64,000 bases of DNA. Source: an uncultured delta proteobacterium (GTDB lineage Bacteria > Myxococcota_A > UBA9160 > SMWR01). Every line of letters begins with the position of its first letter. Position 1 is the first letter of the stretch. This document shows, one piece after another, positions 18,150-30,243 of the stretch. Below the pieces are notes generated by a model. It had not been told where the DNA came from. It saw nothing but the letters and a program-made list of their open reading frames with translations, and ran no database searches. Location: the NCBI GenBank assembly GCA_963785985.1, contig CAWAXD010000017.1, positions 31,085 to 95,084 of the forward strand. The letters run 5' to 3'. A program made the translations under genes and the position numbers.

Positions 18150-19329
18150 GTGCAGCGTCGGCCCCCTCTCTCGCTCGCGACCGCTCTCGTGTTGCTTTGC
18201 GCGGCTTGCGGAGAAGCAGGAGACCGGCCCGGGCCCCGGCACCCGAGGTCGTCGTCGCGCCGGTCGAGAAGCAGGACGTCGAGATCTACTCCGAGTGGGT
18301 CGGAACCACGGCCGGCTTCGTCAATGCCGAGATCTTCCCCAAGATCCAGGGCTACCTGCTGAAGCAGACCTACCGGACGGCAGCGCTCGTGAAGGAAGGC
18401 GATCTGCTCTTCGAGATCGATCCGCGGCAGTTCCAGGCGACGCTCGATGAAGCGAACGGCCAGCTCGCGCGCGCGCGCGCCGCGCTCGAGAAGCACGCGC
18501 TCGACGTGGCGCGCTACACGCCGCTCGCCGCCCAGGGCGCCGTCAGCCAGCAGGAGCTCGACAACGCCGTCCAGGCGCCGCGCGGCGAGCGCCGCGCAGG
18601 TCGACTCGATGCGCGCCAGCCGTCGAGCAGGCGCGCCTCAACCTGCAGTGGACCCAGGTGAAGTCTCCCATCACCGGAGTCGCCGCGATCGCCAAGGCGC
18701 AGGTCGGCGATCTCGTGAGCCCGCAGACACACGCTCACGACCGTCTCGCAGCTCGATCCGATCAAGGTCACGTTCCCGATCAGCGAGATCGAGTACCTGC
18801 GCTTCGCCGACGCGATCCGCGAAGCAGCAGGCGAAGCGGCCAGGCGACGGACGCGCCGGCGGTGCTTCAGCTGATCCTCGCCGACGGCTCCACGTATCCC
18901 GAGCGCGGGCGCTTCCGCGTGGCCGGCCTCGCGGTGGCCGACCGACGACCGGCACGATCAACGTGCAGGCGCGAGTTCCCGAACGCGAACAATCTGCTCC
19001 GGCCCGGGCAATTCGCGAAGGTCCGCGCCGTCACGGACCGGCGCAAGGATGCGCTCCTCGTGCCGCAGCGCGCCGTGCGCGATCTCCAGGGCATGCAGCC
19101 AGGTCGCGGTGGTCGGCGCCGACGACAAGGTCGCGCTTCAAGACGGTGAAGCTCGGGCCGGCGCACGGCAGCGACGTCGGTCGTGGAGAGCGGGCTCAGC
19201 CGCGGGCGAGCGCGTGGTCGTCGCAGGGCTTGCAGAAGATCCGCGACGGGATGGTCGTGAAGCCCGACGACGGCCGCGGCGCGCCGCCGCGCGGCCCGCG
19301 CCGGCGCAGCGACCGAGACCGGAAAGTAA
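18150..19329 (+). CDS. RND efflux periplasmic adaptor (MFP) lipoprotein, broken by several frameshifts
   Basis: GAGGAG RBS and lipobox-like LLCAAC. Fragments VKEGDLLFEIDPRQFQA, SPITG, LLRPGQFAKVR and GLQKIRDG lie in different frames. Confidence 0.8.
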
Positions 19330-19333
19330 CCCC

Positions 19334-22300
19334 GTGTCCCGCTTCTTCATCGACCGCCCGATCGTGGCGATCGTGATCTCGATCGTCACGGTGATCGGCG
19401 GGCTCGTCATGCTCGCGCGCCTGCCGATCGCGCAGTACCCCGAGATCGTCCCGCCGATCATCCAGGTCACGACCACCTACACCGGCGCCGACGCCCTCAC
19501 GGTGGAGCAGTCGGTCGCCACGCCGATCGAGCAGCAGGTCAACGGCGTGCAGAACATGATCTACATGAAGTCGATCAACGGCAGCGACGGGACGATGACG
19601 CTGCAGGTCAGCTTCGAGGTCGGCACGAACATCGACCTCGATCAGGTCTTCACGCAGAACCGCCTGGCGCAGGCGACATTCGCAGCTGCCGCCTGCGGTC
19701 CGTCAAGTACGGGACGACGGTGCAGCAGACCGTCGGCCTGCCGCTGCTGGTCTTCCCGATCTACTCGCCGAACGGCAGCTACGACGCCGCCTTCCTCGGC
19801 AACTACGCCAACATCAACGTCATCGACCAGCTCGCGCGCGTTCCGCGGCGTCGGCCAGGTCAAGCTCTTCGGCACGGCGAACTACGCGATGCGCGTGTGG
19901 GTCGCGCCCCGACACGCTCGCGAAGCTCCAGATCACCGTCACCGACGTCGATCAACGCCATCAAGGCGCAGAACGTCGTGAATCCCGCGGGGCAGGTCGG
20001 CGCGCGAGCCGGCGCCCAAGGGCCAGGAGTTCACCTACACCGTCACGCGCGCAGGGCCGCCTGATGCAGGCGGAGCAGTTCGGCGACATCATCGTGCGCG
20101 CGAATCCGGACGGATCGTTCGTGCGACTGAAGCGACGTCGCGCGCATCGAGCTCGGCTCGCAGACCTACATGCAGCTCGGCCGCTTCCACGGCAAGCCCG
20201 CCGCGGTGATCTGCGTCTACCAGGCGCCCGGCTCGAACGCGCTCGCCACCGCCGACGCGCTGAAGACGCAGATGGCGGAGATGGCGGCGCGCTTCCCCGC
20301 GGACGTGGCCTACGACGTCGCGCTCGACACCACGCTGCCGGTGAGCGAGGGCATCAACGAGATCGTGCACACGCTGCGTCGAGGCGATGGTGCTCGTCAT
20401 CATCGTCGTCTTCGTCTTCCTCCAGGGCTGGCGCGCGACGCTGATCCCGCTGATCGCGGTGCCGGTCTCGCTGGTCGGCGCGTTCGTCTTCTTCCCCATG
20501 CTCGGCTTCTCGATCAACACGCTCTCGCTGCTCGGGCTGGTGCTCGCGATCGGCCTCGTCGTCGACGACGCGATCGTGGTCGTCGAGGCGGTCGAGGTGG
20601 AGATCGAGCACGGCCTCTCGCCGCGCGACGCGACGATCAAGGCGATGGACGAGGTCTCCGCGCCCGTGATCGGCATCGCGCTGATCCTCGCGGCCGTCTT
20701 CGTTCCGGCCGGCTTCATGACCGGGATCACGGGCAGCCTCTACCAGCAGTTCGCGATCACCATCGCGATCTCGGTGCTGATCTCGGCCTTCAACGCGCTC
20801 ACGCTCTCGCCGGCGCTCTCGGCGCTCCTGCTGCGGCCGCAAGCAGCCCGCCGACGGGACCGCTCGGCCGCTTCTTCGCGGCCTTCAATCGCGGCTTCGA
20901 GCGGCGACGCAGCGGCTACGTCGGACGTCTCGGTCCGCCGCCATCAAGCGCGCGTTCCGCAGCATGATCCTGCTCGCCGGTCTCACCGTGATCGGCGTCG
21001 GCATCGGGCGGATCCTGCCGACGTCGTTCGTGCCGAGCGAGGACCAGGGCTACTTCTTCATGCAGCTGCAGCTCCCCGACGCCGCGTCGCTGCAGCGCAC
21101 CGACGTGATCGCCCGCGAGGTCGAGGAGATCCTCGCCGAGACCGAGGGCGTGCAGAGCTACACCTCGATCGTCGGCTTCAGCCTGCTGTCGAACATCTCG
21201 CAGACCTATGCCGGCTTCTACTTCGTGCAGCTCGAATCCGTGGGAGCGAGCGCGGCGATCGAACCGCCGACGTGATCATGCGCCAGCTGAACGCGCAAGC
21301 TGCGCGGCCTGCCCGGCGCCCAGGCGTTCGCCTTCGCGCCGCCCGCGATCCCCGGCGTCGGCAACGCCGGCGGCTTCGACATCATGCTCCAGGATCGCAG
21401 CGGCGGCACGGCGTCGAGTACCTGGCAGCCAACACGCAGCGTTCATCGAGGCGGCCAGCAAGCGCCCGGAGCTCGCGGGCGTCGTCACCGTGTTCCGCCC
21501 GACGTGCCGCAGCTCTTCGCCGACGTGAACTCGGACAAGGTCTACAAGCTCGGCGTGAACGACCGCGACGTCTACGACACGCTGCAGGCGCTGCTCGGCT
21601 CCACCTACGTGAACCAGTTCAATCGCTTCGGCCGGATCTGGAAGGTCTTCCTGCAGGCCGAGCCGGAGTTCCGCGTCAAGCCCGAGGACATCGGCGTCTT
21701 CTACGTGCGCAACAAGGACCAGCAGATGGTTCCGCTCTCGACGCTGGTGCGCGCGACGCCATCGTTCGGGCCGGCGTTCACCGAATCGCTACAACCTGTA
21801 TCGCGCCGTCGAGGTGCTCGGGAATCCCGGCGCCGGGCTACAGCTCCGGTCAGGCGATGGCCGCCGTCGAGGCCGTGGCGAAGGAGGTGCTGCCCTCCGA
21901 CATGAGTTACGAGTGGACGAACATGTCGTACCAGGAGGCGCACGCGGGCAGCGGCGCGGGCATCTTCGCGCTCTCGCTCGTGTTCGTGTTCCTGATCCTC
22001 GCCGCGCTCTACGAGAGCTGGTCGCTCCCGTGGAGCGTGCTGCTCACGACGCCCGTCGCCGTCTTCGGCGCGTTCCTCGGCATCTGGATGCGCGGGCTCG
22101 ACAACGACGTCTTCGCGCAGATCGGGCTGATCATGCTGATCGGCCTCGTCGCGAAGAACGCGATCCTGATCGTCGAGTTCGCGGTGATGGAGAAGAAGAA
22201 CGGAAAAGAGATCGTCGACGCCGCGCTCACGGGCGCGAAGCTGCGCCTGCGCCCGATCCTGATGACGAGCTTCGCCTTCATCCTCGGCTGCGTTCCGCTG

Positions 22301-22504
22301 TGGACCGCCTCGGGCTCGGGCGGCATCTCCCGCCAGAGCATCGGAACGACGGTGATCACCGGCATGCTCGCGGCCACGTTCATCGCGATCTTCCTGGTGC
22401 CGGTGCTCTTCGTGCTGGTCGAGCGCATCGCGAACCGCGGCGCGCCCCCGGCACCAGCTGCGCCCGCTCCGCCGGCCGCGCCGGCCACGGAAATGGGCCA
22501 CTGA
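19334..22504 (+). CDS. HAE1 family RND efflux permease (AcrB/MexB-like), many frameshifts
   Basis: FFIDRPIVAIVI, LPIAQYPEI, AIGLVVDDAIVVVE, AKNAILIVEF and LRLRPILMTS motifs spread across frames. Confidence 0.88.
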
Positions 22505-23924
22505 TGCGGGGCGCGCGCCGGGTCGTCGCTGGCGGTCTCGCCCTCGCGCTCGCCTCCGCGTGCGCGGTGGGACCGAACTACGTGCGGCCGCCCGTCACGT
22601 CGCCCGAGGACTACCGCGGTCAGGTCGCGCCGCACGAGGCGACTTCCCTCGCCGATCTTCCCTGGTGGGAGGTCTTCGACGACGAGGTGCTGCAGCAGCT
22701 GATCCTCGATGCGCTCGAGGCGAACTACGACCTCAGGGTCGCCGTCTCGCGCGTCGAGCAGGCCCGCGCGCAGGTGGGCGTGGCGCAGTCGCCCTTCTAT
22801 CCGCAGATCGGCTATCAGGGCCGCGCGGCACAGCAGCACGACCCGAAGTTCAAGCAGCAATCCTCCAGTTCCTACGATCTCCTCTACGGCGCCTTCTCGC
22901 TGGCCTGGGAGCTCGACGTCTGGGGCCGCATCCGCCGCTCGAACGAAGCGGCGCAGGAAGCCCTGCTCGCCACCGACGAATTCCGCCGCGGCGTGCTGCT
23001 CTCGCTCGCGACGGGTGTCGCACAGGCCTACCTGACCCTGCTCGAGCTCGACCGCGAGCTCGAGATCGCGAATGCGACCGCGGAGTCGTTCCAGCAGACC
23101 CTCGACCTCTTCACGCGCCGCTACCAGGGCGGGGTCGGCGACAAGCTCCAGGTGGCGCGTGCCGAAGCAGCGCTCGCGCTGACCCTGGCGCAGATCCCGG
23201 ACCTCGAGCGTCTGATCGTGATCCAGGAGAATGCGCTGTGCGTCTTGCTCGGGCGCAACCCCGGCCCGATTCCGCGCGGAACGCCGCTCGCCGAACGTCC
23301 CGGGCCGCCGGCCACGCCGCCCGGCCTGCCGTCCGCCCTGCTCGAGCGGCGCCCCGACGTGCTCCAGGCAGAGCACCAGATCGCGAGCTCGAACGCACTG
23401 ATCGGTGTCGCCGTCGCCAACTTCTTTCCGCAGATCGGCCTCACGGCCCTCTACGGCGGCCAGAGCACCGATCTGGGAAACATCGTGAAGCACAACTTCA
23501 GCGTCTGGAACGTCGCCGGCAACGCCGCTGGGCCGCTCTTCCAGGGCGTTCGCGCTGCTCGAGCAGTATCGCTCGCAGGTGGCGGGCTGGGAGGAAACCA
23601 AGGCGCAGTACGAGCAGACCGTGCTGAACGCGTTCGCCGAGGTCTCGAACACCCTGACGGCGCAGACGAAGTTCGCCGAGCGAGATCACTGCGCAGGATC
23701 GCGCGGTGAAGGCCTACCAGGAGTCGGTCCGGCTCTCGCTGCTCCGCTACAACTCGGGCCTCGCCGGCTACTACGAGGTGCTCGAGGCCCAGCAGCAGCT
23801 GTTTCCGGCCGAGATCACGCTGGCGCAGCTGCAGCTGAGCCAGCTCCTCACCACCGTGACGCTCTACCGCGCGCTCGGCGGCGGCTGGCAGCTCACGGAC
23901 GAACAGTGGATGCAGAAGCCCTGA
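22504..23924 (+). CDS. NodT/OprM family efflux outer-membrane lipoprotein, frameshifted near 23546 and 23690
   Basis: TGATG coupling; ASACAVGPNYVRP, WELDVWG, LLERRPDV and LYRALGGGW motifs. Confidence 0.88.
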
Positions 23925-24865
23925 ACCGGGCTCGCAAGCCCCTGCTCAGCATCACGATCCTGGTCCTCGCGTGCAGCCTCGGGTGCAGCACCCCCGTCGG
24001 TGTCGCTCGCGTCGATCCGCGCCGCGTCTACCGCACGCTCACGAGCAACGTGCTTTCTACGGGCGAGCTCAGCAATCCGACGCGCAATGTCCTGTATCGG
24101 CGCGATCTCTTCGAGCGCTTCGAGAAGAACCCGCAAAGCGCGATCCGCACGCTCCACGCTGCCGTCGCCGAGGGCCGCGCGGGCCGGGACGAGATCTTCG
24201 CGCTCGCCGAGCTGTCGTTCGTCCACGCGGGCCGCAGCGGCAAGCGTCGCTACTTCCTCGCCTCGATGGTGTATGCCTACGCCTTCCTCTTCCCCGGCGG
24301 CGATCACACCCCGCCGGATCCCCTCGATCCGCGCCTACGGCTCGCGTGCGACATCTACAACCGCGGCATCACCGAGGGCTTCGCCGCCGCGGACGGCAAG
24401 CTCGTGGAGCTGCGCGGCGGGCGCTTCCGGCTGCCCTTCGGAACGATCGACGTCGCTTTCGACGAGACGCAGCTGCGCTGGGCCGACCGCAGGCTCGTGC
24501 AGCTGGTGGCGGTCGCCGATCTCGAAGTGAAGGGCGATCTGCTGACGTTCAACCGCGACGCCCTTGCCCTGGATTCGGTCGGGCACGCGGCGACGAGCGT
24601 CGACAACATGACGCCCGGGAGCAGCTTCATCCAGACGCTCGCGTCGATTCCGGTGGCCGCCGGCATCCCCGCGCACTCGATCATCGCGGTTCGGCCCGGC
24701 GTGCCGTACGAGCAGGGCGACGACGGCATCGTCGAGTACCAGAGCGCCCATCTCGAGGGCACCGAGTCGGAGCTCGTCGTGTCCGACTCTCACTCGTGTC
24801 AGGCGAATCCGCACACGGTCGAGGAGGTCCGGCGGATCCTGCTCGAGCATCTGGGCGCGGAATGA
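23906..24865 (+). pseudogene. Lipoprotein of the RND-associated alpha/beta-hydrolase family, apparently lacking the central catalytic region
   Basis: Lipobox SLGC, N-terminal RLACDIYN and C-terminal TSVDNM...HSIIAV...DGIVEYQSAH...EVRRILLEH. No GxSxG motif between them. Confidence 0.5.
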
Positions 24866-24914
24866 TCCACGTGCGGCTCGGGGAACCGCTCCGCCGCACG
24901 CCGCCCGGGCGGGA

Positions 24915-26450
24915 TCAGTGCGCCGGCGCGGCGGGTTGCTCGAGCAGCTGCTTCGAGCGGGCGCGCTCGGCCGGCGAGAGCAGCTTGTCGAGCTGCTCGA
25001 GCACCGGCTTCACGCGATCGAAGCCGCCGGCGGCGCTGCGCGTGAGCCAGACGTGCGCCAGCACCGGATCCTTTTCGACGCCGCGTCCATAGAGGTAGCT
25101 GGCGCCAAGGCTCGCCTGCGCCATCGGTTGACCCTGCTCCGCCGCGAGCCGGTACCAGCGCACGGCCTCGGCTTCGTCGCGCGCCGCGCCGCGTCCGGAC
25201 GAGAGCATCGCGCCAAGTCCGAGCTGCGCTTCGGGGATGCCCTGCTCGGCCGCGCGCCGATACCAGGAGACGGCCTCGCCCTCGTTGCGCGCCGTGCCCC
25301 GCCCATCGGCGAGCGCAATCGCGAGCGAGACCTGCGCTACGGCATTGCCTTGCAGCGCCGCCAGGCGATACCACTTCACGGCTTCCGCTTCGTCGAGCGG
25401 GACCCCCTGCCCGGTGGCGTAGAGCGCGGCCAGGTTCGCCTGACCCGCCGGGTCGCCCTGCGCCGCGGACTTGCGAGACCACTCGACCGCCTGCGCCGGA
25501 TCCTTCTGGACGCCCTTGCCCTGCGCGTAGAGATAACCGAGCGCTGCTTGCGCCGGCGCAAGGCCCTGCTCGGCGGCGCGCCGATACCAGCTCGCGGCCT
25601 CGACCTCCGGCCCGCCCACACCGTTGGCCCACGCCGACGCCTGCATCTCGTTCTGCGGCGGTACGAAGCCCTGCTGATACAGGGTTCCCAGCTCGAACGC
25701 CGCACGCACGTGCCCCTGCACGGCCGCGGCGCGGAGCCAGCGCGCAGCGCCGGCGTTGTCGCGCGGGACGCCGACACCACTGCGGAGCAGGACCGCGAGG
25801 CGGTACTGCGCCTCGACGAGGCCGCTCTCGGCCGCCGGCTTCAGCCAGCGCGCGGCCTCGGCCAGGTCGCGAGGCACGCCGCGCCCTTCGCCATACTGCG
25901 TACCCAGACGCAGCTGCGCCTGGGAATCGCCGTTCTGCGCCGCGCTTCGCAGCCAACGATCCGCCTCGCGCGGATCGGTCGGCGCGCCGTCGCCCGCCTC
26001 GTAGCGGCGGGCGAGCTCGGACTGCGCCGCCAGCACGCCCTGCTCGGCGGCCTTGCGGTACCAGGCGAGCGCCGCTGCGGGATCCGCCGCGACTCCGAGC
26101 CCGCGGGCATAGCTCTCCGCCAAGCGCAGCTGCGCCTCGGCGGCGCCCGCATCCGCCGCTGCGCGCATCCAGCGCAGCGACTCGCCCGGCTCGAGCGCGA
26201 GCGCACTCTGCGCCTCGAGCAGCTTCGCCAGCGCCAGCTGCGCGTCGCTGCGTCCCTGCTCGGCGGCTTTGCGATACCACTGGGCGGCGGCGGCCGGGTC
26301 GCGCGCCCCTTCTGCGCCGTTCGCGAGCTTCTCCGCCAGCGCGAACTGGGCGCCGGCGTCACCCAGCTGTGCGCGCAGACGCGTACCGGTGTCTTCGCCA
26401 CAGCCCAGCGCGAGCAGCAGCAACAGCGGAAGAGCGACGTGCGGTTTCAC
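24915..26450 (-). CDS. Sel1-like repeat (SLR) lipoprotein
   Basis: Lipobox LALGC; many WYRKAAEQG...AQ..LG..Y..G.GV repeats. Confidence 0.9.
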   Translation of the reverse strand: MKPHVALPLLLLLALGCGEDTGTRLRAQLGDAGAQFALAEKLANGAEGARDPAAAAQWYRKAAEQGRSDAQLALAKLLEAQSALALEPGESLRWMRAAADAGAAEAQLRLAESYARGLGVAADPAAALAWYRKAAEQGVLAAQSELARRYEAGDGAPTDPREADRWLRSAAQNGDSQAQLRLGTQYGEGRGVPRDLAEAARWLKPAAESGLVEAQYRLAVLLRSGVGVPRDNAGAARWLRAAAVQGHVRAAFELGTLYQQGFVPPQNEMQASAWANGVGGPEVEAASWYRRAAEQGLAPAQAALGYLYAQGKGVQKDPAQAVEWSRKSAAQGDPAGQANLAALYATGQGVPLDEAEAVKWYRLAALQGNAVAQVSLAIALADGRGTARNEGEAVSWYRRAAEQGIPEAQLGLGAMLSSGRGAARDEAEAVRWYRLAAEQGQPMAQASLGASYLYGRGVEKDPVLAHVWLTRSAAGGFDRVKPVLEQLDKLLSPAERARSKQLLEQPAAPAH

Positions 26451-26509
26451 GCGCGGGATTGTAACAGCGCGTCAAGTGCACCCCCGCTGGCGCCGATGAC
26501 ACGGGCGGG

Positions 26510-28343
26510 ATGACTCGCGCGAAACCGATCCGGGGGGCGAAACACGCGCCCTACCCGCGTTTCCGGCGCCTCGACGGCCGGCATCCGCTCCAGCGCAGCG
26601 CCCCGCGCGCGACCGTCTGCTACCGGGCACGCCGGCGCCGGGACGGCGAGGTCGCCTACTTCAACTTCGCGCTCGCGAAGGAGATGGGCCTGGTGGCGGA
26701 GAGCCACCCGGAACGCCTGAATCCCCGCCTGTGCCGCGCCGTCCTCGACACCTTCGCCCTCACGATCATCAACGAATACGACCAGCGGCATGGCACGCCC
26801 CTGCCCGCGCCGCGACTTGCGCCCCCACCTCTACATGGCGACGCGCTACCTCCAGCTCCAGCACCCGGACCGCCGCGGCCGCACCTCGGGCGACGGCCGC
26901 AGCATCTGGAACGGGACCATCACACACCGTGGCGTCACCTGGGACGTCTCCAGCTGCGGCACCGGCGTGACACGCCTGTGCCCCGCCACCGCGCACTCCG
27001 GGCGCTTCTACAAGACCGGCAGCCGACACGCGTCGTACGGCTGCGGAACCGCCGCGCCCAGCGAGGGGCTCGGCGCGGCGCTGCTGTCGGAGACGTTCCA
27101 CCGCAACGGCATCGCCACCGAGCGCGTGCTGGCCGTGATCGCGCTGCCGGACGGCCATGCCATCAACGTCCGGGCCGGCCGCAATCTGCTGCGGCCGTCG
27201 CATTTCTTCGTCCACTCGAAGCAGGCCGACCTCGAGACCCTGCGCGCGGTGGCGGATGCCTTCTGCTCGCGGCAGATCGCCAACGGCGCCTGGCCCCGGC
27301 TGCGCGGCGCGGTTGCGCGTCATCGCTACCTCGCGGAGCAGGCGGCGCGCACCTTCGCGCGCGTCGCGGCCCGCTTCGAAGCCGAGTACGTCTTCTGCTG
27401 GCTCGATTGGGACGGGGACAACATCCTCGCCGATGGCGGGATCGTCGACTACGGCTCGGTGCGGCAGTTCGGCCTCTATCACCGCGAGTACCGCTTCGAC
27501 GACGTCGATCGCTTCTCGACGACGCTGCCGGAGCAGCGCCGCAAGGCGCGAGCGATCGTCCAGAACTTCGCGCAGATTCGCGACTTCCTGATCCGGGGTC
27601 GCAAAGCGCCCCTGGCCTCCTTTGCGCGCGACCCCGTGCTGCGTCGCTTCGACGCCGAGTTCGAAGCGGAGAGCTTGCGCCTGCTGCTGTACCGCACGGG
27701 GCTGCCCGGCGGAATCGCGGAGAAGCTGATCGCACGCCGGCGGGGCCTCGTCGAGCGCTTCCGTCGCGCGCACGCGTATTTCGAGCGCGCTCGCTCGGCG
27801 CGCGGCCCCGTGGCCGTCCCCGATGGACTTTCGTGGAATGCGGTGTACTCCTCGCGCGATCTGCTGCGCGAGCTCCCGATTCGCTACCGCGCCGCCGCGG
27901 TTCCGATCCGGGCCGAGGAGCTGCTCACGATCGCGGCGTCGAGCTATGCATCGCGCAGCGATCGCAGCCTCACGCCGCAACGCCGCCGCATGGCGAGCGA
28001 GCTGCAGCGCGCCTATCTCGCGCTGATGGGCGCGGGCGCCCGCGCCGGGCGGGTCTCGCTCGCTTCGCTGCTCGAGCGCGTGACGCGCCGCTCCGCCGTG
28101 ATCAACCGCTACGACCGCATCACCGGCGACGCCGTCGAGGTCGCCAGCGCGCATCTCAACCGCAGCCGCCGCCGGCTCGGCCGCGACGTCTTGCAGGACG
28201 TCATCGGGGGTCTCGTCGGACACCAGGATCGGCGCGTGGCCCGGCCGCGCAACGGCAGCGCGATGCGACCCGAGAGCCCCGCCGGGCAGCGCGTGCTCGG
28301 AGCGCTGCTCGAGCTGGTGGCCGACTATCGGCACGGACTCTGA
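26510..28343 (+). CDS. Divergent SelO/YdiU-like (protein AMPylase, pseudokinase fold) protein; one frameshift near 26805
   Basis: VAYFNFALA..MG, MATRY, SGDGRS, GIATERVLA and WDGDNILADGGIVDYG occur in the order of SelO motifs. Confidence 0.6.
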
Positions 28344-28409
28344 TTCGGAGTTCGCGCGTTCGCAGCGCGCTGGATCGCAGCGCGGCTGCGAGGCCGCGGC
28401 GCGGGCGCG

Positions 28410-28736
28410 CTAGCCGCCGGCGATGCGGCCGCCGCTGTTCGTGCAATCGCCCTGGCTCATGAAGCGCAGCGTACCGCCCAGCTTGCAACTCACGACGTCG
28501 CTCTTCGCATCATCGGAGCGCGGCGAAAAGGTCCGAGCGCTATTCCACCACTGCCGCATGCGCTCCTTGGGGCTCGCGGTCTCGGGCTTCCCGGCCGCAG
28601 GGGCTGCTTCACCGGCGTCCTTGGTCGCGCCCTTGCCGTCGTAGCGGTTCATCTCCTTCTGCCCGGCATCGATCTCATCGAGCACGAAGCAGCCCCAGCA
28701 AAGGCTGGAGGCGAGGATCACTACGAGGACACGCAT
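28410..28736 (-). CDS. Small lipoprotein of unknown function
   Basis: Signal peptide with LCWGC lipobox; C-terminal Cys pair (VVSC...DC). Confidence 0.6.
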   Translation of the reverse strand: MRVLVVILASSLCWGCFVLDEIDAGQKEMNRYDGKGATKDAGEAAPAAGKPETASPKERMRQWWNSARTFSPRSDDAKSDVVSCKLGGTLRFMSQGDCTNSGGRIAGG

Positions 28737-28818
28737 GCCCGCTGGAATCGGCCAGACGGCGCCCGGAGATGAGGCCCTATTGCGGGCTCCATGCGCAGCA
28801 CGCGCGCAGCTTCCGGAG

Positions 28819-29316
28819 CTACCCGGCGTGCTCCCAACCCGGGATCAGCTTGTAGCGGGGCTCGATGCTGAACATCGGGAAGAACGTGAGCGGGCAGAGG
28901 GCGATGTCGAGCGTGCCGCCGAAGAGGCGGAATACGCCCTGCAGCGTCCCCGCGAAGAACCCCACCACGTGACCGGTGACGACACCGCCCGGCAGGGTGC
29001 GCATGGCATCGGTGGGCTGGATCGTGAGCATCACCGGATCCGCGGGCCACGTGATCACGCCGTTCACGCCCGCCAGGAACGTGTTGGCAACGTGTTTGCC
29101 GTAGCCCAGCAAGACTCCCCCTGCGCCCGTCTCGGCCGTCTCCTCGGCGGGTGCGCTCTCCTGCTCCTCCGCGGCGGCCGCCTCGGCTTTCGGTGCGCTC
29201 GCCGCCTTCTCGGCGGCCGGCTCGGCGCCCGTGGCGGCCTCGTCTGCCCCAGCGGGCACAGCGCTCGTCAACGCGAACAGCAGCGAACAAGCCAGCCCGA
29301 TCGTCGATGCGCGCAT
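28819..29316 (-). CDS. Exosortase-system-associated protein (TIGR04073-like)
   Basis: Signal peptide, acidic linker and Gly-rich GVNGVITWP...VGFFAGTLQGVFRLFGGTLDIALCP; lies near an exosortase. Confidence 0.55.
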   Translation of the reverse strand: MRASTIGLACSLLFALTSAVPAGADEAATGAEPAAEKAASAPKAEAAAAEEQESAPAEETAETGAGGVLLGYGKHVANTFLAGVNGVITWPADPVMLTIQPTDAMRTLPGGVVTGHVVGFFAGTLQGVFRLFGGTLDIALCPLTFFPMFSIEPRYKLIPGWEHAG

Positions 29317-29373
29317 GCAGCCTGATGCTCCCTCGGTGGTGGCGGCGGCTCGGGACCGCTCCGCGCGGCGCAC

Positions 29374-29382
29374 ACTCTACCA
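29374..29382 (-). promoter_or_regulatory. Putative extended -10 element TGGTAGAGT
   Basis: Same 9-mer as upstream of the RiPP precursor, about 58 nt before the ATG at 29316. Confidence 0.35.
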
Positions 29383-29524
29383 GATGCAGCGCGCCGGAAT
29401 CGGCGCTTTTCGTCCCGGACCCGCAAGCCCGGCCCTCCCTTCAGGGGGCTGGGCGAAGCGCGAAAGTCGAGCCATGCTCACGGCTCGGCGCGGCGCTGGC
29501 CGCGCGTGAGTCGCGAGGAGCAAG

Positions 29525-29761
29525 ATGGTTCGTCTGGCAATCGACTTCGAGCACCCGTCCCGCACCTGGTGGGAGAAGGGCGGCCAGGACCTCTGGGACG
29601 GAATCACCGAGGGCTTCGACGGCAACTCCGTCGTGCTCGACGCGACGATCGCGGCCTCCTGGCTCGAGCAGGCCCGCCAGCTCCCCGGCTGGGACGGCGG
29701 TCCCGAGTACGCACCGCATCCCATCACGGTGTCGCCCGTGAACGAGGACGAAGACTTCTAG
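29525..29761 (+). CDS. Small acidic Trp-rich hypothetical protein
   Basis: GAGGAG RBS and protein-like composition. Confidence 0.65.
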   Translation: MVRLAIDFEHPSRTWWEKGGQDLWDGITEGFDGNSVVLDATIAASWLEQARQLPGWDGGPEYAPHPITVSPVNEDEDF

Positions 29762-30243
29762 CGCACCGCGTCACCGCGTGGGCCCGGAGCCAGCACGCGC
29801 GCGAGCAGGCCGCTCAGGAAGCGGTGCGCGATCACGGCCCAGAGCATGAACGGCAGGCTGTCTGCGAACAGCGCCGCCGGGAACAGCGTTCGAAACGGGG
29901 TCTCCGTCGGGCGGCGGTTCGAGATGGCCCACTGCTCCACGCCCACCAGCGAAGCGTGCGCCAGCACCAGCAGCGCGGCGCCCACCAACGTGCCGATTGC
30001 GCGCCGGCGCAGACTCATCCCGGGCGTCAGCCACATCAGCACCAGGAACGGCACGATCGACACGAAGCGCTTCTGCGCCGGGCTCTCGGCGATCTGCGTG
30101 ACGCCGAACGCCTGGAGCACCGGCCCGGCGACCGCGAACAGCAAGCGTTCGTAGGCGGCGCCGCCCCACTGCACCCAGAGCCACGTCAGCACCACGGTGA
30201 GCAGAACGAAGCTAAGCCCCAGCTGGAGCTTCCGGCTCTTCAT
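29758..30243 (-). CDS. Exosortase H-associated membrane protein
   Basis: Multi-TM protein with PFLVLMWLTP..LRRR motif, overlapping the 3' end of the exosortase. Confidence 0.65.
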   Translation of the reverse strand: MKSRKLQLGLSFVLLTVVLTWLWVQWGGAAYERLLFAVAGPVLQAFGVTQIAESPAQKRFVSIVPFLVLMWLTPGMSLRRRAIGTLVGAALLVLAHASLVGVEQWAISNRRPTETPFRTLFPAALFADSLPFMLWAVIAHRFLSGLLARVLAPGPRGDAVR

